From positions 170,314,001 through 170,378,000 of the forward strand of contig OX597816.1 in assembly GCA_951406725.2 (NCBI GenBank): a DNA stretch of 64,000 nucleotides, written 5' to 3'. Position 1 is the first letter of the stretch; the number at the start of each line of letters is the position of its first letter. The translations under genes were made by a program, and so were the position numbers. Positions 54,269-64,000 of the stretch are shown here, one piece after another. The notes below the pieces were generated by a model. The model saw nothing but the letters and a program-made list of their open reading frames with translations, did no database searches and had not been told where the DNA came from. The DNA comes from Octopus vulgaris (lineage: Eukaryota).

Positions 54269-54990
54269 ATAGTCGTTTTATCTTTTACTCTAATTAGTTT
54301 CTTGTGTGTCATCCACTGGAAATTATATCACTTTATTTATATACTTCATGAATATTTTCCGAATAGCATTGACATTTCTTTGATCAGTATATATCAGCGC
54401 TTCAGTGAAACATCACTGATTTTAAAGGTCCACTCATTTGTGCTATTATGTTGCAGTCAGAAAAAGTAACGATGACTGATATTTTAGTCAACAGTTAGCT
54501 TTGTGCTGTGTACTTTGATGGGAAACATTCTATTATGGTTTCACTTTTTCTTTGTTTAATTTCATGAAGACAAACTTAAGAAATCAGTCAATTTAAGTAT
54601 AATTCAGTCCTGTAGAATTTTTTTTCAGCTCACAGAAAATGATGGTATGTTTCTATTATCGGAATTTCTAATTAAAATTACTTATGTCTTGGCATTTTGG
54701 AAATATTCAATTGCTATTTTGTTGATATTCTCAGAAATTATCAGCTATTTAGTTTAAGTATTTATAGATTCTAATTAATCTCTATTCACACATTGCTTAA
54801 GTACACATGCACTACCAGTATGTCATACAATGTGCACACATACACACTAAATTTTCTCAGTTACATTATTCATCACTTTCTGTTTATTTACTCCACATTC
54901 ATGATATATATTTAAGTTTACAAATACTTAACCACAAACGCAGAATTCAGAATTCAGGCTGACAGATAAACACACACACACACTCATATG

Positions 54991-56671
<1,681 letters not shown>

Positions 56672-57048
56672 AAAATGCTTTCTAATTGATGTATCAATAC
56701 CGGCAGATGACAACGTGTCTCTAAAAGAAATGGAGAAACTCTCAAAATACAAAGACCTGGAAATAGAGGTAACTAGAATGTGGAATCTGAAAACAGAAAC
56801 AATTCCTATCATAGTAGGTGCATTAGGCATGATAAAAAAATATTCAGACAAATACATAACAAAAACACCAGGACTTACAAACACATATAACATACAGAAA
56901 ATTGCACTACTAGGCACTGCACACATCCTACGCAGGACACTTTCCATACAATAACCATCAGAGCATCACAACAAATCACAGCACATACCCAAGGCACACA
57001 GAGCTGCGCTCGGTAGTGAAGTGAAAGCACGCTATAAAAATAAAACTA

Positions 57049-57053
<5 letters not shown>
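56672..57053 (+). mobile_element. 5'-truncated R4/Dong copy inside (TAA)n
   Basis: I count about 3 differences from 39586-39966 by eye. Confidence 0.95.
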
Positions 57054-57140
<87 letters not shown>

Positions 57141-57277
57141 TAATAATAATAATAATGATAATAATAATAATAATAACAACAACAACAATACATGCATACA
57201 TACATACATTACATTACATACATACGTACATACATACATACATACATACATACATACATACATACATACATACATAC

Positions 57278-57940
57278 ATTATGCTAGAAGAAGGTCCGCT
57301 ATGGTCTTGCCACTAAGAAAGGAATGCTCCCAAGAAAATTTAGCAAACATCATAATGGATGTCTACTTAGAGGTCATCACTCTTATATATGTGTAATATT
57401 ATTTTTTTCTGAAACTTCAGTTTTTTCAATATGCTAGATCACTGATTTTAAATTGATATTAATCAAATTAATATTCAATTTCTCACCCTTATTATTTTAA
57501 ATTCAAATTTAAATAGCTATGTTTCCTAACCGGCAAAATTCACTGCAGAGAATTATTTCCTGCAGAATTATTTCCGGTAGTTTGGCGCACCAAAACGAAA
57601 ACTTTTGAAAGGTGTCCCCAATTGTAATAGGTAGAACTATTTACATGTTCAATCTCATGCGGACGTTTCGTGTATAGTTCTGAAAATTAGATTTGCAAAG
57701 ACGATCACACTGATGAGTGGCAGACAATTACGTAAATGATTACGTAAGCGATAACAACGAAATCTGATTTGTGATTAATTTGTATATTTTGTATCTTTTC
57801 ATTTCTCTTGCTCGCTTACGTTCTGGCGTTTGCTAGATTTTCTTTCTTAGTGGTAAGACCATGGCGGATATTTCTTCTAGCATAATGGATGTCCACTTAC
57901 AGGCCATACATCTTATATATATGTAAAATTACCTTTTCTC
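57278..57940 (+). mobile_element. ~660 bp non-coding element with inverted and direct terminal repeats and an internal hammerhead
   Basis: 57278-57348 is inverted to 57828-57888; 57351-57400 is a direct repeat of 57881-57931; flanked by (TACA)n and (TATG)n. Confidence 0.8.
57704..57775 (+). ncRNA. Type I hammerhead ribozyme candidate with canonical core
   Basis: AUCACA-CUGAUGA-[GU...AC stem II, 42 nt]-GAAA-UCUGA-UU-UGUGAU; perfect 6 bp stem I; predicted cleavage after 57769. Confidence 0.78.
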
Positions 57941-58035
57941 AAATATATATGTCTGTATGTGTGTGTGTATGTATGTATGTAAGTATGTATGTATGTATGT
58001 ATGTATGTATGTATGTATGTATGTATGTATGTATG

Positions 58036-58093
<58 letters not shown>

Positions 58094-58221
58094 GATAGAT
58101 ATATACATATATATACATATAGATATACACATGTATATGCTTATGTGTATATGCGTGTGATGTGAGGCTATATGCATGTGGGTTTTTATTTATCTCTCTC
58201 TTTCTCTCTCTGTATATATAT

Positions 58222-58609
58222 ACTCTTTACTCTTTTACGTGTTTCAGTCGTTTGACTGCGGCCATGCTGGAGCACCACCTTTAGTCGAGCAACTCGACCC
58301 CGGGACTTCTTCTTTGTAAGCCTAGTACTTATTCTATCGGTCCCTTTTGCCGAACCGCTAAATAACGGGGACGTAAACACACCAGTATCGGTTGTCAAGC
58401 AATGCTAGGGGGACAAACACAGACACACAAACACAGACATATATATACATATATACGACAGGCTTCTTTCAGTTTCCGTCTACCAAATCCACTCACAAGG
58501 CATTGGTCGGCCCGTGGCTATAGTAGAAGACACTTGCCCAAGATGCCACGCAGTGGGACTGAACCCGGAACTATTTGGTTGGTTAGCAAGCTACTTACCA
58601 CACAGCCAC
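58222..58609 (-). mobile_element. SINE family A
   Basis: Lacks only about the first 10 nt. Confidence 0.95.
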
Positions 58610-58616
58610 GAATATA

Positions 58617-58992
58617 CAATTAATTGATACTAGTTGATTTCCATCAATTATCATTTATTAATTAGTTACAAAATGACAGAATCTCAACTTACAACTGTCT
58701 CAGTTGCTCTAGCGACCACAATGATGGTAATGATAGCTATCATTGTAGGGAGTTAGTTATAACAAATTGAATCACGAAACATCATCAGAGCGGAAAAAAT
58801 AGAATCCGTTCTGATGATGTTTCGCGATTCAATTTATAACTAACTACCTACAAAGATAAATATCATTACCATCAGCATGGTCACTAGTGCAAAGAACCAC
58901 GACAACAGAAACAGCGATAAGTTGAGCATCCCTCTTTTTGTAACTAATTAATAAATGATAATTAATGGAAATCAGTTGTTATTAATTAATTG
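58617..58992. mobile_element. ~375 bp foldback (MITE-like) element with TA flanks
   Basis: ta|caattaatt...aattaattg|ta; arms pair up to a short loop at about 58793-58804. Confidence 0.88.
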
Positions 58993-59155
58993 TACCGCCA
59001 TTTTCCATTCGCGTTTGGATACTGATCAACTCCAATTTACTCTTGTCATTACCTATTATTTATATTCATGATTAAATATAGGTGATACACCAGTGGATTC
59101 ATAGTATACTACTTATCACTTAGACAGTTGTTACAACCTCTAACTTAACCCCACC

Positions 59156-59220
<65 letters not shown>

Positions 59221-60477
59221 GTATATATATGTATATATATACATACATACATACATGCAAACAGAAAGAAAGCAAAGACTTAATACCTTCAGGCGATGAA
59301 TATTTGAGTATAAGTATATAGATATTTATATTGATAGATCAAACTTACACACAGTACAAACGATAGAAGAAATTACAGGGGAATATGGAAGACGTTGAAA
59401 GTCCGACAGCCGTTTCTGAGGGCTCGGAGATCCATTATAATGTTGGTAGATGTAGTTCACTATAACAAGCAGGCTACACTGGATGCAAATGAATATTAGA
59501 TAAATCGAGCCTCCATCGTAAATGCAGAAAAAATGTTACACTTCATATTATGTTGCGGAGATGGAATTTTTCAGAGATGGAATGTGGAGAGCAAGCGGTA
59601 TTGAGGGAGGAAGTAAGAGGCTCGGTGTAGGTTTTGGTAGTGTTGAGGTTGGAAAGGATGAAAGGAGATATGAGAGTGAGTTCAAGGAGAGGGAGGGGTT
59701 TAACAATGAGGGCTTTAAGGCCGAGGTTGACTTTGCCTTTTCAGTCTTTCGAGGTCGATATAATTAATATGAAGTGAATAATATCCCGAACCTAGGAATT
59801 GCTGGCCTTCTGCCAAAATTTGAACCTGGTATTTCTAGTCGCCCAGTTATATTTGCTTTTCCATTTTCTCTAAAATATTCTCACTGTTTTTTAGATCGTT
59901 CTCTCTCTTTTACACTATTATTCTTTATCCCTCTATTATTCCTATATAAATTATCTGTCTCTACCTCACATACGCAAACACATATAATCAGTCAAATGTA
60001 TACGATAACTCTCACATTTTCGTTTTCATTATTACACTTGTACCATTATTTCAGCTAGAGTTTCCTTATCATAATCAATCTCTGACTCTTTCTGTCCCGA
60101 TTTCTATTTCACTCTTTCAGCGATACAGACCAAGACTTTTATATCTTTCGATTATATCTTTATCTTTACACCACTCGAAATGTCTCAGAATGTATTAAAA
60201 TGTAATGAACTAAAGCAGAGGCAGTTCAGTTGTCCGATATTTATTCAGAATTCAGAATTTCTAATCAAACTTCTGTTGCTCTTTCAATCAACTCTTAGAT
60301 TCAGATTCTCATACTTCACAACATATTTCAGTTAAGGTAACAAATGTTAAAGTGTATGCATAATTATACAAGAATATACAACACACACACACATATACAT
60401 AACACACAAATACATAACCCACATATATACATACATACATACATAAATACATATCTTTCTATTTATACACACACACA

Positions 60478-60510
<33 letters not shown>

Positions 60511-60795
60511 ATAATACTGCTTTTAATTTATAATCAACGGTTAAATTTATAGGGAGACGATGTTTTCGTATCTTTGTGATGAGAGTTATTTATACTCAAG
60601 CTGTGAAGGTTAGGCGGCAGTCGATTATATTGTATGAATCAAAATAGTGGAGAACCATTTATTTTCCGAAATCCAGAAAGATGAAAAGCAATTTCAGTTG
60701 AGGCTGGTATTAGACAAAAACGTAGGTGAATAAATGGCGCCAAACAATCTGAACGGCACCGTAAGTCTCCTTTTACTGCCATATGTATGTACGTC

Positions 60796-60889
<94 letters not shown>

Positions 60890-61084
60890 ATAGTGGTACA
60901 ACAATGCACCAATGTTTACTGGAAATAGCAGTCGATAATGTATATATAAAGGAAATAAGTAACAAGGATAACAAGGTATTAATGCACTAATGCCTTGACA
61001 TCCTTGTTACTTATTTGCTTTCTACTCACCTTACCGGACAGACTTGGTGCCTGAACTTAAATACCTAATTGAACCGATTCTCAA

Positions 61085-61615
<531 letters not shown>

Positions 61616-61712
61616 AATATATATATATATATATATATATAATGTTATATTCCAGGATAGCCATTCCTTCTCTTTTTTTGCCAAATAAACACACGCACTA
61701 ACTGATGTACAC

Positions 61713-61751
61713 AAATCTTTCGTCACACATCTGTGACATCTTCAGCGACAC
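61713..61751 (-). ncRNA. Hammerhead-like motif, intact core but 3' strand of stem I lost
   Basis: GUGUCG-CUGAAGA-U-GUCACA(GAUG)UGUGAC-GAAA-GAUUU. Confidence 0.6.
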
Positions 61752-61951
61752 TTTCCGTTCTCGTGTATGCTCCTGCTCCGCTTAGTCTATCCTTATCTGC
61801 GCATGCGTTTTCATTTGTATCTGTGTATATATGTGTGCGCATGTGTGTCTCTTCGTTTGTGTGTGTGTGATTTTGTGTGTCTGTGTTTGTGTCTGTACAT
61901 GTGCTTGCGTGTGCGTACGCGCGTCTATGTGTTTCGCATGTGTGCTTACAT

Positions 61952-62342
61952 ACTCTTTTACTCTTTTACTTTCTTCAGTCATTTGACTGCGGCCATGCTG
62001 GTGCACCGCCTTTAGTCGAGCAAATCGACCCCGGGACTTATTCTTTGTAAGCCCAGTACTTATTCTATCGGTCTCTTTTTGCCGAACCGCTAAGTAACGG
62101 GGACGTAAACACACCAGCATCGGTTGTCAAGCAATGCTAGGGGGGTCAAACACAGACACACAAACATATACATATATACGACAGGCTTCTTTCAGTTTCC
62201 GTCTACCGAATCCACCCACAAGGCATTGGTCGGCCCGGGGCTATAGCAGAAGACACTTGCCCAAGATGCCACGCAGTGGGACTGAACCCGGAACCATGTG
62301 GTTGGTTAGCAAGCTACTTACCACACAGCCACTCCAGCGCCT
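61952..62342 (-). mobile_element. SINE family A
   Basis: Full length. Confidence 0.95.
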
Positions 62343-62480
62343 ATATATATATGTCTATATATATATATGGGCTTACTCACTAGACTGCTTATATCCGTAC
62401 CCTTTATATTGTTGTTATCGTTGTTGTCCTTAGTGGTACTTTGACTCTCTACTCACCTATGTTTTCGCTCCTTTTGCTGC

Positions 62481-62512
<32 letters not shown>

Positions 62513-62834
62513 TTCTTGATCCTTGCTTTTGATATTGTTCTTGTGTCTTTCTGTGTTTGTATGTTTGATGGCATTGTTATAGTGGTTATTGCTGTTGTTG
62601 TTGCCGTTGTTGGTGTTGTTCATGCTGTTGTAGTTTCTGAAGTTGATGTGTGTTTGTTTGTATGTCTACATAGGTTTGCTTACTATGGTTTTGGTACCCG
62701 CGCCCTTTATATAGTATAATTTTTTGTTTCATATATTTTTCATAAGTATGTGCATATTTGTCTCTTGTGTATGTATTACATTGTTTGTACCTGTGTTCTT
62801 TCTCCTATGTGTCGTGTGTAGTCCTCGTGTTGTT

Positions 62835-63077
62835 TTGTGTAGGAGAGCGAACAGGCGACCACTGGTGAGGGCTCAAAGAGAAAAAAAGGCTCGTCAGTGC
62901 TCTACCAGCATGCTCAAGCAGAACATAGAGGCTCGGTTAATAACATAGAGGTTAAGGTGTTATTAACGCATTGAACTAAAACTACACTTAGATTACAGAG
63001 ACCAGACATGTAATAAGAGAGACCGAGCTTCAAAAGAAAACACGAATGGAACAATAACACCCCCACCATCACCACAT

Positions 63078-63127
<50 letters not shown>

Positions 63128-63410
63128 CACACTGATAATCACACATATGCACACAAACGCACACACACACACCAAACACACATATACAGACATAGGCGCA
63201 TGCACAGATAAGGATGCACATCAACGACGGACAAAATGGACTAAGTGGAGCAAGAGTATACACGAGGAAGGTGAGTGTCACTGAAGAGGTCACAGATGTG
63301 TGACGAGAGATTTCCGAACAATGGAAACGAATTGAAATACGAATTATAATAAACGAGTGAAGAACGAATATATAGTGCGTGTGTCTAGTTGGCAAAAAAA
63401 AGAAAAGAAA
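62835..63410 (+). mobile_element. Penelope-like 3' fragment (decayed GIY-YIG end and 3' UTR with hammerhead-like motif at 63275-63319)
   Basis: GERTGDHW*GLKEKKGSSVLYQHAQAEH is homologous to 32360-32620; CUGAAGA-G-GUCACA(GAUG)UGUGAC-GAGA. Confidence 0.8.
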
Positions 63411-63418
63411 TACAACAA

Positions 63419-63600
63419 GGCGGCGAGATGGCAGAAATATTAGCACACCAGATGAAATGCTTAGCGGTATTTCGTCTGTCTTTACGTTTTGAGTTCAAAT
63501 TCCGCCGAGGTCGACTTGGCCTTCCATCCTTTTCGGCGGGTCGATCTAATCGACTGGCTCCAAAAATGTCGGCCCTTGTGCCAAGAGTACAAAAGAATAT
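63419..63600 (+). mobile_element. SINE family C
   Basis: Consensus match. Confidence 0.9.
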
Positions 63601-63654
63601 CTGTTTGAAAACATAACTTCACATCTGGAATATTACAACACAAATTCATAAACG

Positions 63655-63691
<37 letters not shown>

Positions 63692-63784
63692 CGAGAGAGA
63701 GAGATGCAAATATACATATGTTGATACATACACACGTACACATATATACTCACATGCACATATACGCAGACAAACACACATGTA

Positions 63785-63846
<62 letters not shown>

Positions 63847-63973
63847 CCGGAGTAAACACATAACTGTGAAACAAGGTGGAAAGAAAGTACTCAAATACCA
63901 GGGGTAGAGTAATATGTTTTATTTAAAAGCAACAGAAATTCAACAAAACCTGTTACTCGGAGTTTTAACAAAA

Positions 63974-64000
63974 CTGTCCGACGAACGGGAACGTGAAACT
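63974..64000 (+). ncRNA. Partial hammerhead-like motif (core CCGACGA), cut by the window edge
   Basis: CUGU-CCGACGA-ACG(GGAA)CGU-GAAA-CU...; upstream 63949-63964 looks like the inverted 3' half. Confidence 0.5.

Noticed and set aside
58765-58830. CGAAAC and CTGATGA motifs in the foldback centre
   Set aside because: Order and spacing do not fit a hammerhead; they are paired within the hairpin arms

Overview
AT-rich, repeat-saturated eukaryotic genomic DNA with no host protein-coding gene I can support. Most ORFs in the track are microsatellite or SINE artefacts. The repeat repertoire looks like Octopus (coleoid cephalopod) DNA; this is recognition from memory, not a search result. Contents: more than 30 tRNA-derived SINE copies in three or more families; decayed and young R4/Dong-type LINE pieces sitting in (TAA)n arrays; RTE, CR1-like and L1/Tx1-like remnants; several Penelope-like (RT + GIY-YIG) fragments; a non-autonomous Helitron; several long foldback elements; local duplications; and a ~1.7 kb (TAA/TGA)n array. 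The most notable signal is a dense set of about 10 hammerhead-ribozyme-like motifs in Penelope-associated or short non-autonomous elements. One has a fully canonical core (57704-57775) and several have variant cores (U3-A8, U6, C4). None is experimentally verified, and all structures were paired by eye.
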